NCBI GenBank assembly: GCA_965222375.1
Contig: CBDCTZ010000015.1
Location: 384,001 to 448,000 of the forward strand
Direction of reading: 5' to 3'
DNA length: 64,000 bases
DNA from: Polyangiaceae bacterium
GTDB lineage: Bacteria > Myxococcota_A > Polyangia > Polyangiales > Polyangiaceae
How positions within the stretch are numbered: the first letter of the stretch is position 1; the number at the start of each line of letters is the position of its first letter. The notes beneath the pieces were generated by a model. That model was given only the letters and a program-made list of their open reading frames with translations, was not told the origin of the DNA and did not search any database. A program made the translations under genes and the position numbers. Shown here in pieces: positions 49,083-58,420 of the stretch.

Positions 49083-50678
49083 ATGACGGCACAGAGGACG
49101 GACATGCACAGACTTGAGGAATTGGTGCGGCTTCACCGCCAGGGCGTGGGCAACCGCAAGGTGGCCCGGCTGTTGAAGATGGGCCCTGCCACTGAGCGGA
49201 AGTACCGCAGGGCATTGATGGAGGCGGGCCTGCTCGGTGGGGCAGTGGACGACATCCCGTCGCTCGATGTGTTGCGTGCGGCGGTGATGGCGCACGCGCC
49301 GCCGAAGCCGGCACCGCAACAAGAGTCGTCACTCGAACGGTGGCACGCCCAAGTCGAAGCGAAGCTGGACGACGGCTTGGGCGCCACGGCGATCTTCGAT
49401 CGTCTCCGCACGGAGGAGACCGATTTCCGCGGCAGCCTTTCGGCGGTGAAGCGTCTAGTGGCGAGCATCCTCCGCGAGCGCGGGCCGACTCCGAACGATG
49501 TCGCGATCCCCGTCGACACGGACCCCGGAGAAGTGGCGCAAGTGGACTTTGGCTACGCCGGGTATCGCATCGATCCCGTCACGCGGAAGCTTCGCAAGAG
49601 CTGGGTCTTCGTGATGGTACTGGGCTACAGCCGCCACCAGTACAGCGAAGTGGTATTCGACCAGCGCACGGAGACGTGGATTGCTCTGCATGAGCGTGCA
49701 TTTCGAGCGCTCGGCGGCGTAGTGCGAGTGGTAGTGCCTGACAACCTCAAAGCGGCCGTGATTCGCGCCGCCTTTGGCATCAACGACATGACGAGCGAGC
49801 TCAATCGCAGCTACCGGGAGCTGGCACGACACTACGGTTTCATCATCGATCCGACGCCACCGCGCGCGCCCAAGAAGAAGGGCAGGGTGGAGGCCGGGGT
49901 GAAGTACGTCAAGAACAACGCGCTGAAGGGGCGCGATGGCGAAGAGCTCGACGTCACCAATCGCTACCTGGTGACCTGGGTGCGAGAAGTCGCGGGCAAA
50001 CGCATACACGGGACCACGGGCAAGCGCCCGCTCGAGGTCTTCGAGACCGAGGAACGCCCAGCGCTGATGCCGCTGCCCGTCACGCCCTACGAGCCAGTAA
50101 TTTGGAAACAGGCGACCGTGCATCGAGACAGCCACGTGGTGTTTGCGAAGCGGATGTACTCGGTCCCGTGGCAGAACATCGGCCGGCGAGTTTGGCTACG
50201 GGTCACAGCGACATCGGTGGCGGTGTACTTCGACGACCAGCGCATTGCGACCCATCCGCGCCGAGGCAAGGGCCTGCGCAGCACGCTGGAGTCCCACCTG
50301 CCCGCAGAGCGCGCCGCATTGCGACACCGCAGCCGCGAGTACTGGGAGCAACGCGGCGACCGACTTGGCGAAGATGTCGGCCGCCTCGTGCGTGAAGTCT
50401 TCGATTCTGACGACGCCTTGTCTCAGCTGCGCCAGGTGCAGGCAATCGTGACCCATCTCGAACGATTCCCCGTCGAGCGCGCCCGGGCAGCGTGTCGCCG
50501 AGCGAGCTTCTACGGAAGCACGCGCTACCAGACGATCAAGAACATCCTGACCCAGGCGCTCGACCTCCAGCCGATGCCTACGACGCGTCCGGCAGCAGCG
50601 GTCTGGGCGGATGGTCCACCGCGTTTCGCACGGACCCACGAGCGGGCCAAAGAGGAGGGCAGCGATGAGCGTCATTGA
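49083..50678 (+). CDS. istA: IS21 transposase IstA
   Basis: PGEVAQVDFG, LGYSR, VVPDNLKAAV, KGRVE, RIHGTT, YSVP. Confidence 0.93.
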   Translation: MTAQRTDMHRLEELVRLHRQGVGNRKVARLLKMGPATERKYRRALMEAGLLGGAVDDIPSLDVLRAAVMAHAPPKPAPQQESSLERWHAQVEAKLDDGLGATAIFDRLRTEETDFRGSLSAVKRLVASILRERGPTPNDVAIPVDTDPGEVAQVDFGYAGYRIDPVTRKLRKSWVFVMVLGYSRHQYSEVVFDQRTETWIALHERAFRALGGVVRVVVPDNLKAAVIRAAFGINDMTSELNRSYRELARHYGFIIDPTPPRAPKKKGRVEAGVKYVKNNALKGRDGEELDVTNRYLVTWVREVAGKRIHGTTGKRPLEVFETEERPALMPLPVTPYEPVIWKQATVHRDSHVVFAKRMYSVPWQNIGRRVWLRVTATSVAVYFDDQRIATHPRRGKGLRSTLESHLPAERAALRHRSREYWEQRGDRLGEDVGRLVREVFDSDDALSQLRQVQAIVTHLERFPVERARAACRRASFYGSTRYQTIKNILTQALDLQPMPTTRPAAAVWADGPPRFARTHERAKEEGSDERH

Positions 50679-51431
50679 CGAACTCGTGCCGCTACTGAAG
50701 AAGCTGAAACTCAGCGGCGTGTTGCACTCACTGGAGCTGCGTCTCAGCGAGGCGGTCGAAGACAACTTGGCTTTCGAGGAGTTTCTGTTTCGACTCTTCA
50801 AAGACGAGATCGAACGGCGCGAGTGCAAACAACTGCAGCAGCGGCTGCGCCGGGCGAACTTCGAGCATCGCAAGACGCTCGAGGACTTCGACTTCCACTT
50901 CAACCCTGACATTCCGAAGTCGAAAGTCTTGGACCTTGCGACCTGCAGTTTCGTCGAGCGCCACCGCAACGTGCTGCTTCTGGGGCAGACCGGCGTGGGC
51001 AAGAGCCACATCGCGCAGGCCATTGGTCACAGAGCCTGCCAGGCTGGACACGGGGTGCTCTACATCGAAGCTCATGATCTCTTCAAAGAACTACGTGCAG
51101 CTAGGGCAGACGACAGCCATGGGCGCAAGATGGCTCGCTTGACCATGGTGCAGCTGCTGATCATCGACGACCTGGGTCTACGCCCCCTCGTCGACGAGGG
51201 CCCATGGACCTCTACGACCTGATCCGCCTGCGCTACGAACGCGCCGCAACCGTGATCACCTCGAATCGGGACACGGACGAGCTCGCCAGGCGCTTCCCGG
51301 ACGAGCTCCTGGCCAGCGCGGCCATGGACCGCTTGCTACACGACGCACACGTCCTACGTCTGACCGGCGACACCTATCGAAACCCGCGCAAGAAGAAACC
51401 CAAGAACCAGAAGACGGAGGCAACGACATGA
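50665..51431 (+). pseudogene. istB: IstB helper ATPase with a frameshift near 51200
   Basis: GQTGVGKSH, LIIDDLG, then continues in another frame MDLYDLIRLRYER..ITSN..MDRLLH. Confidence 0.88.
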
Positions 51432-52588
51432 ACACCACCAAACGGAATCGCGATCCGTTTGGCCGAGCCAACTTCGCCAGGGCGTACCTGCTTCAGGCGG
51501 TCGCGTTGACACTCGCGATCACCGGATCAGCTTGGCCGAGCTGGGCGCGATCAGGTAGGGCGAGCGTTGACACTCCGCAGACCATCGCTCGCTGGATGAA
51601 GCGTCTCGACCACGACGGGCTGGATGCTCTGTTGGCGCTGCGCGAGCCCGTCAACCGCTTCCCGGACTTCGTCCGGGAGACCGTCCGGGCGCTGCGCGCC
51701 ACTTTTCCCAGCCTGGGTGTCAAACGCATCGCAAACATCCTCGCTCGCGCTGGCGTACATCTGGCAGCCTCGACCGTAGGCCGGATCTTGAAAGAAGAAC
51801 CTCCGTCGGAGCCGAGTCCGGGCGCTCAAGACCAACCTACCGACGACGAGGGCGTTGGCGAAACCGAGACCCACGCGACTGCCACCGGCGTCGTTACAGC
51901 TCGCTATCCCCATCACCTCTGGCACGTCGACCTCTCTCTCCTGCCGAGGGTATCCGGCTGGTGGGTTTCCTGGGTCCCACATTCGCTGAAACAAGCCTGG
52001 CCCTTTTGTTTCTGGATCGGCGTCGTGCTCGATCACTTCTCTCGCTCCGTCGTGGCTTGGCGACTGTACTTGTCTCAACCCTCCGCCAAGCAGGTCTGCT
52101 CCCTGCTCGAAAAGGCTCGACACAGTGCGGGCCATCCGCCCAAACACGTCGTGACCGACCGCGGACCGCAGTTTGCCAAGAAGTACAAAGCCTGGTGCAA
52201 GCGCCGTGGCGTCAAGCCGCGCTTCGGCGCCATCGGCCAGAGCGGTAGCATCGCCATCATCGAGCGCTTCTTTCGCTCTCTCAAAGACGAGATGCTCTGG
52301 AGACTTCCGGTCCTGATGCTCTCCTTGCCGAAGATGCGTGCCGAGGTCGCTGCCTACGTCGAGTGGTATCATGAGCATCGGCCGCACATGGCTCTCGGTG
52401 GCGCCACCCCTGCGGAGTTTCGTGATGGGCGTACGCCCGCGCGTGACCTGCCCCGCTGGGAGCCTCGCGCGAGCTTTCCGCTCCCGCGAGGCGACCCCGC
52501 CAAGCGCGTTGCGGGTTTGCACCTCGTGACCGATCGCGTCCAAGGCCGCAGCCACCTGCCCATCGTCTCGCTCCGCGACGCTGCTTGA
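51428..52588 (+). CDS. Chimeric ORF: IS21 right end fused in frame to a 5'-deleted rve/DDE transposase
   Basis: First ~48 codons lie in the IS21 end; the rest is near-identical to 56713..57728. Confidence 0.7.
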   Translation: MNTTKRNRDPFGRANFARAYLLQAVALTLAITGSAWPSWARSGRASVDTPQTIARWMKRLDHDGLDALLALREPVNRFPDFVRETVRALRATFPSLGVKRIANILARAGVHLAASTVGRILKEEPPSEPSPGAQDQPTDDEGVGETETHATATGVVTARYPHHLWHVDLSLLPRVSGWWVSWVPHSLKQAWPFCFWIGVVLDHFSRSVVAWRLYLSQPSAKQVCSLLEKARHSAGHPPKHVVTDRGPQFAKKYKAWCKRRGVKPRFGAIGQSGSIAIIERFFRSLKDEMLWRLPVLMLSLPKMRAEVAAYVEWYHEHRPHMALGGATPAEFRDGRTPARDLPRWEPRASFPLPRGDPAKRVAGLHLVTDRVQGRSHLPIVSLRDAA

Positions 52589-52838
52589 ACGAAGCACTGC
52601 GTCCTGTTTCGCGACGCATCGAGGCACGCGTGCGTCTCCGACTTCGGCTCTTGCGTCCGGACGCGTACTGCCACGCACGAACGCGTCCTTCCACGAATGC
52701 GCGGTGCAGGGCGGGACGCGATCAGAGTCCGAAATTCCAGTTACGTTGTGCTCACAATTGCGTGGTTTCCGCGTGAACAACTCGCTGACGCAATACAGCT
52801 CTGCTACACGCGCTCGCGGCGCCAAATCTTGGGGACGG

Positions 52839-54188
52839 TTAACTCACTAGTGTCACCTCCGTGATGCGAGTCTGCGCCTTGGGACGGCGGATCTTCGCAG
52901 CTGCGCGCTCCAATGCTGCAGCGCGGTATTCCAGGCTCTGCACGGATTGCCGCAGGCCGCGTGCGCCACTGCGGGCTACGCGGTCCGGCTCGTAGACTGT
53001 GTTGCTGCGCCACATCGCCCAGAGCACGCCAGCCAAGCGGCGCGCCAGTGCAATTACGGCGACCCGCTTTCCACGCCGTTCCGCAACCGCCAGCGCCCAG
53101 CGCTGTAACGGATCGGTTCGACTGGGCTGGCGCATGAGAATCCATGCCGCCTGGACAAGCATCGCGCGCAGATAACTGTTGCCCTGCTTGCTGATGGCTC
53201 CAAGCCGACGTTTGCCGCCGGTTGTGTCCTCGCTTGGCACCAACCCGAGGTAGGATTCGACTTGATGGGCGCTGTGGAAGCGTTTTGCTTCGTCAATCCC
53301 GCTCACAAAGCTCGCCGCCACGATGCGTCCAACGCCGGGCATGGTCGTTAGCTGAGCAACCATGGGTTCAGCAACGAGTAGTTCGTCCAGCTGTTGCTCG
53401 ACAGCGCCCAACTGCACCTCCAAGGACTCCAATGTAGCCAGCAGGGGTTCGATGGTGGCCTGCACCTCGGGGCTGGTGTCGCTGTTGCGCACGCGAGTGA
53501 CGAAGTTCTCCGCGTCACATGTCGGCAACTTGCTGCCATACTCGCGTGCCAAGCCGCGCATCGTCGTTATGTACTGCGCTCGAGTTTCCACCAGCGCGCG
53601 ACGCACACCCAACTGTCGCCGGAGCGCTTGTCGATGCGGCGACAGCATGTGCGCAAGCGGAATCCCACCGCGCTCCACAGCAAACGCCATCGTCTCGGCG
53701 TCTATCTTGTCGTTCTTCCGTCGGTGCTGCCCGATCCCGAGCTTGCGACTGCGTGTCGTGTCCACCAACAGCACTTCGTTGCCCCACTCCGTCAGCTTAC
53801 CGTGGACAAACCACGCCTCACGACAGGCCTCGATGGCCACGCAGGCCGGCTCTCGCTCTGGTCCAAGCCAGCGCTCGAGCGCCGCAATGGAATCAACGGT
53901 CACACGTTCCAAGACTTCATCGCCAGATACCTCGCAGTACGCGATCTTCTTGGAGCCCAGATCCAATGCTACACTTCTCATGGTCGAGTTCCCTTTCGCC
54001 CCCAGGTTGACTGCGCCTTTTGAGCGCGTGGGGGTGCCGGCAGGGCTACCTGCCGGCGGGAACTCGGCCAGCTCTTTCTTCGTCAGGCGCCGGCCTCGCA
54101 CCGCCGCGGGCTTCGTCGCCGCGGCCTTTTTGCCAGCTCGAGCTCGAGTCTTTGTTTTCTTCGCTGCTCTTTTCCGTTGGGTAGACAT
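52839..54188 (-). mobile_element. IS110 family recombinase (core starts at 53981; possible basic N-terminal extension)
   Basis: ALDLG, AIEAC, KNDKIDA (DEDD), PGVG, YLGLVP, ISKQGN..LR..LVQAA, ALARRLA. Confidence 0.92.
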
Positions 54189-54447
54189 GGTCGCTCCAGG
54201 ACCGCCTCATCCCGTCTTGCTCGCGGCGCCTGCGAGCGCGAGTGCAACTTGATAGACTTTCTAAAACGCGCGGCAGTCGCCGCTGCGCGAGACCCCGGGG
54301 AACACCCGACGGGGTGTGGCAGGGCGGGACGGTTGGCGTCGGGTTACGTCTTTGAGTTCGGACCGCGATGCTTTGGGCGGCGCTTGGGCGCCGGCACGGA
54401 GCTTTCGACGTGCGGTCTACGCTGCGTCTTGTCTAGACTGCTGGCGT

Positions 54448-54708
54448 CTAGGGAGCGAAGACGTCGTCCAGAGAGTCGACGGTGATGACGCGCTCTGCAT
54501 AACGCTCCAGCTCTTCGATAGAGCTGCTTTGCACGCGCGAAGTCTGCTCCGCAGAGAGAGCCCCAAACTTCAGTGTGAGTAGCTTGAGCACGATCTCGGC
54601 TTTGCCTTCGGCTTTGCCTTCGGCCTTGCCTTCGGCTTTGCCTTCGGCCTTGCCTTCGGCTTTGCCTTCGGCTCGTGCTTCCTGCGTGAGAATCTGTGCT
54701 CCAGTCAT
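54448..54708 (-). CDS. Putative gene-internal RpnS small protein (86 aa)
   Basis: GGAGGAAGCATTC-ATG in frame inside rpn. Confidence 0.65.
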   Translation of the reverse strand: MTGAQILTQEARAEGKAEGKAEGKAEGKAEGKAEGKAEIVLKLLTLKFGALSAEQTSRVQSSSIEELERYAERVITVDSLDDVFAP

Positions 54709-55470
54709 GAATGCTTCCTCCAGCCTTGGGCCAAGTTGCCGAAACAGTTGCCGGGTCTCCTCGGGCTTCGTCTCGCTGGTGTGGAGAATATAGCGCACTA
54801 GCGCCGCCAATGCCGCTACCCCGTTGGGCGCCGCGCTGGCTTCTAGCAAAAGCTCCTGCCAGCCGAGTAGCTCCGGCATCAGATCCACTTGTTTGCGCGC
54901 CTGGCTGAAGCTCAGCAGGGTCAGCCGCCCCAGGGCTGTCATCACCCGGGACTTGAGCTCCTCGGAGCGAGCCGCCGACAGGTCGTCCAGCACGTACTCG
55001 AAGCGCGGCAGCAGGGGCCGGAGCAGCTTCAAAGTCTCCGGCTCCAAGTCCAGCAGCTCGTGAAACTGCCGCGGAGCCTTCCAACCGTCCTTGCTGTGGT
55101 GGACCACCATCGGGATGATGGCGGGCAAGCGCTCCGTCTTGCGCTTCGCTTTGCGCTGCGCTTTGAGATACTCGTCCCAGAGTCGGACCATGTACGACAG
55201 AAAGCGAAAGCCCATCAGGTTGTCCGATCTGCTCTGGTGTTCCAAGAGCAGGTAGAGCACGACCTGTCGTCCATCGAGCATGACTGAGAACGCCACGTCG
55301 GCGCGCCGCTTCGAAAACTCCTCGTCGATGAAGTCCACCGACAGCTTTTGCAGCGTCGACCAGTCGATGCGTTTGCTTACTTCCGGTGGCAGCAAGTGCT
55401 TGAGCTCGCCGACGGCGTTTTCGGGCTCCGAAAACACCAAGTGAAAGAAGTCGTCGTGCGGCGTCTTCAT
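54448..55470 (-). CDS. rpn: Rpn (YhgA-like) nuclease, copy 2
   Basis: Same motifs as copy 1; (AEGK)x6; small basic insertion QRKAKRKTE. Confidence 0.92.
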   Translation of the reverse strand: MKTPHDDFFHLVFSEPENAVGELKHLLPPEVSKRIDWSTLQKLSVDFIDEEFSKRRADVAFSVMLDGRQVVLYLLLEHQSRSDNLMGFRFLSYMVRLWDEYLKAQRKAKRKTERLPAIIPMVVHHSKDGWKAPRQFHELLDLEPETLKLLRPLLPRFEYVLDDLSAARSEELKSRVMTALGRLTLLSFSQARKQVDLMPELLGWQELLLEASAAPNGVAALAALVRYILHTSETKPEETRQLFRQLGPRLEEAFMTGAQILTQEARAEGKAEGKAEGKAEGKAEGKAEGKAEIVLKLLTLKFGALSAEQTSRVQSSSIEELERYAERVITVDSLDDVFAP

Positions 55471-55702
55471 GGCAGCACTCTACACCCCATGCGACCCTTG
55501 CGGGCACCGACCATCGTCACATGCTCTCCGCGTGCTCCAACAGCAGCTCGACGGCGATGGCTGTCGTCCTGCCCGCCCCAGCGGCCGCGCCTCGCCCAAG
55601 GCGCGCACGCCGCCCGCCACGCTTCTCTGAGTTTGCGTGCGGGCGTGCAATTGTACGCTGTGGTTTCGGCCGCGTTGCGATCTGGCGCGTGTCATGCGGC
55701 CT

Positions 55703-55776
55703 GTCCCCCGTCGGGGATTCCCAAGGGTCTCGCGATGGGTGGGCAAGGCCCAGCCGCTGGGGCGGGCCGGGAGGTA
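55703..55776 (+). ncRNA. Candidate structured leader upstream of DUF559 (copies at 48856 + and 54286-54317 -)
   Basis: Serial hairpins; compensatory changes between copies. Confidence 0.4.
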
Positions 55777-55779
55777 TCC

Positions 55780-56104
55780 ATGCATCGCTCGCTTCGCTCA
55801 CGAGCGCCGTCGCCACCCGACGTTTTCCGAAGCCAAGTTGTGGGCCCGCTTGAAGGGCAAGCAGCTTGGAGCCAGCTTCCGTCGTGAGTATGTCGTCGGC
55901 CGGTTTATCGTTGACCTGTGTGCGCCTTCTCGCAGGCTAGCCGTGGAAGTTGATGGCCTTTATCACGCTCGCTTCGTTGCTAGGGATGCTCGCCGCGACC
56001 GGGCGCTGCAGCGCGCCGGTTGGCGCGTCCTGCGTATCGACGCCGAGCTCGTCGTCCGCGACATCGACGCGGCTGTGGCCTTGGTGCGCCAGGCGCTTGC
56101 GTGA
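55780..56104 (+). pseudogene. DUF559 (Vsr-like) endonuclease; SD-linked ATG out of frame with the body
   Basis: PTFSEAKLWARLK, FRREYVVGRFIVD, LAVEVDGLYH, RDRAL..GWRVLR. Confidence 0.75.
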
Positions 56105-56105
56105 T

Positions 56106-56148
56106 GGCAGCCGCTTCCCTGCGGCACTTTCATGCCGCAGGGACTGCC
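56106..56148 (+). terminator. Strong hairpin after DUF559 (11-bp perfect stem, no U tract)
   Basis: TCCCTGCGGCA-CTTTCA-TGCCGCAGGGA, extended by GGCAG/CTGCC. Confidence 0.5.
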
Positions 56149-56222
56149 GTAATAGATTGTCATAGAGCGACCGCGTTGCACGGTGTCGACAGCTCGATGC
56201 AACCGATTGTACCAAGTGCTGC

Positions 56223-57938
56223 TGTGCGCAGTCTCTCGAATTCGCATGCGTGCTGACAGGAAACTCAACACTTCCTGGCACAAACAATGACCGTGCCGTT
56301 CTGTGGTGCTTCGTTGTACGAAGCCTCCGACAACGACTTCTGGCGCGGTCTGGGTGACGATACCGTGGCCAGATGTCCAAGCTCCTCAATGTGCCGCTGC
56401 CGAAGTGCTGGCCTGAGCACACAAAGCTCGCCATCCTCCATGCCATCACGCAGGCGCACTTCGTGCTTAGCCACGCGCGCAGCTGGTGCATCAACAGTCG
56501 CATCTCCCGCGTCCGCCTTGCCGCCGAGCGCGACATCGCCATCGCCAAGGTCGCGCAGCTCGAAGAGATCGTGCGCATCCTGTCCGTCCGCCTTGCCCTC
56601 ATCGAGCCCAATCGCAGGCCCCAGTACCCGCCCGCCGAGCGTCTGGCTATCGTGCTGTTGCGTGGCTCTGTCGGTTGGACCATCGCCAAGACGGCTAGAA
56701 TGTTCCTGGTCACGCCGCAGACCATCGCTCGCTGGATGAAGCGTCTCGACGACGACGGGCCAGATGCTCTCTTGGCGCTGCGCCAGCCCGTCAATCGCTT
56801 TCCGGACTTCGTCCGCGAGACCGTCCGCGCGCTGCGCGCGACCTTTCCTTGCTTGGGCTCCCAACGCATCGCCAACATGCTCGCTCGCGCTGGCCTGCAT
56901 CTGGCTGCCTCGACCGTAGGCCGGATCTCGAAGGAAAAGTCTCCATCGCAACCGACTCCGGGCGAGCCAGACCGGCCTACTGCCGACCCGGGTGTTGGCG
57001 AAACCGAGACCGACGCGACCACGCCTCGCGTTGTGACTGCTCGCTACCCCCATCACCTTTGGCATGTCGATCTCTCGCTGCTTCCCAGAGTCGCGGGCTG
57101 GTGGGTTTCCTGGGTCCCCCATTCGCTGAAACAAGCCTGGCCCTTTTGTTTCTGGATCGGCGTCGTGCTCGATCACTTCTCTCGCTCCGTCGTGGCTTGG
57201 CGACTGTACCTGTCTCAACCCTCCGCCAAGCAGGTCTGCTCCTTGCTCGAGAAGGCTCGGCGCAATGCTGGCGGCGCACCCAAACACATCGTGACCGATC
57301 GCGGGCCGCAGTTTGCCAAGAAGTACAAGGCCTGGTGCAAGCGCCGTGGCGTCAAGCCTCGCTTCGGTGCCATCGGCCAGAGCGGTAGCATCGCCATCAT
57401 CGAGCGCTTCTTTCGCTCTCTCAAAGACGAGATGCTCTGGCGCCTTCCGGTCTTGATGCTCTCGCTGCCGAGGATGCGCGCCGAGGTCAGCGCGTACATC
57501 GAGTGGTATCACGAGCATCGACCGCACATGGCTCTCGGTGGCGCCACCCCTGCGGAGTTTCGTGATGGTCGCACGCCCGCGCGCGACCTGCCTCGCTGGG
57601 AGCCTCGCGCGGGCGTTCCGCTCCCGCGAGGTGACCCCGCCAAGCGCGTTGCGAGTTTGCAGCTCGTGACCGAGCGCGTCCAAGGCCGCGACCACTTGCC
57701 CATCGTCTCGCTCCGCGACGCCGCTTGAACGCCCCAATGCGTTTCGCATCATGGTCCGTGCAGGCATACGTGCGTCTGCATTTCGGGATCTTGCTACGGG
57801 GAACGTACTGCGACGCTCGAACGCGTCCTTCCACCAATGCGTGGTGCAGCGTGGGGCGCGATCAGAGTCCGAAATTCCAGTCACGTTGTGCTCACAATTG
57901 CGCGGTTTTCTGGGTGAACAACTCGCTGACGCAACACA
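56223..57938 (+). mobile_element. IS481/IS3-like single-ORF element
   Basis: TGTG...CACA ends in imperfect IR; right end coincides with end of homology to copy A. Confidence 0.6.
56373..57728 (+). CDS. rve/DDE integrase-core transposase
   Basis: HTH (TPQTIARW), WHVD, VTDRGPQF, IERFFRSLK, YHEHRPH..LGGATP. Confidence 0.9.
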   Translation: MSKLLNVPLPKCWPEHTKLAILHAITQAHFVLSHARSWCINSRISRVRLAAERDIAIAKVAQLEEIVRILSVRLALIEPNRRPQYPPAERLAIVLLRGSVGWTIAKTARMFLVTPQTIARWMKRLDDDGPDALLALRQPVNRFPDFVRETVRALRATFPCLGSQRIANMLARAGLHLAASTVGRISKEKSPSQPTPGEPDRPTADPGVGETETDATTPRVVTARYPHHLWHVDLSLLPRVAGWWVSWVPHSLKQAWPFCFWIGVVLDHFSRSVVAWRLYLSQPSAKQVCSLLEKARRNAGGAPKHIVTDRGPQFAKKYKAWCKRRGVKPRFGAIGQSGSIAIIERFFRSLKDEMLWRLPVLMLSLPRMRAEVSAYIEWYHEHRPHMALGGATPAEFRDGRTPARDLPRWEPRAGVPLPRGDPAKRVASLQLVTERVQGRDHLPIVSLRDAA

Positions 57939-58234
57939 GCAGCGATGCGTATCGCGGCTGGAGGCCAAGCGTGGATTGGTACATCGGCGACACAATCAAC
58001 CTGGTGCGCAGCGGTCGGCGGCCGGAGTTGCATGCGCAACTACTGTCCGGCCTCGGCCCCGACTACCTGGGTGCCGCGTGCCGCCACATGGCCGAATGGC
58101 ATCGAAGCCGCGAGGAACATGCCGAGGCTGGATTGATCAGCGCGGCTGCGCGAGATTTGGCCAGCAACGGCGACAGCGCATTGCTCTTGCACGCGTTGAC
58201 CGACCACTGGATCGAAACGGACCATCCGAGTTGA
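57939..58234 (+). pseudogene. Possible 3' remnant of a gene cut by the transposon
   Basis: Protein-like open frame directly after the element end, with no clear start of its own. Confidence 0.35.
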
Positions 58235-58420
58235 CATTCTACGCTTGCAGCTGCCGTCGGTGACGACGCCCTGCGCGGCCGCGCCTTGCCCGTCGCCATG
58301 TCTTGCTGCGTCGATCGAGACGCAGCACCACCAGCTCTTGCCACTGCAGAAAACGCCGCGTAGCGTTCGCGCGTGGCGGGGCCGAGTCGCCTCGTTCTGG
58401 GCGCGACGACTTGGATCGGC

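Larger units (their letters stand above)
48930..51572 (+). mobile_element. IS21 family insertion sequence
   Basis: Ends TGTCACGGCTCGGCCTA / TAGGGCGAGCGTTGACA, multiple internal TCGGCCAA repeats, istA-istB; no target duplication. Confidence 0.9.
47499..52799. repeat. Copy A of a diverged tandem duplication, interrupted by IS21
   Basis: 47499-48929 matches 54354-55776 and 51573-52799 matches 56713-57940. Confidence 0.85.
54354..57940. repeat. Copy B of the tandem duplication, uninterrupted
   Basis: See copy A. Confidence 0.85.
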
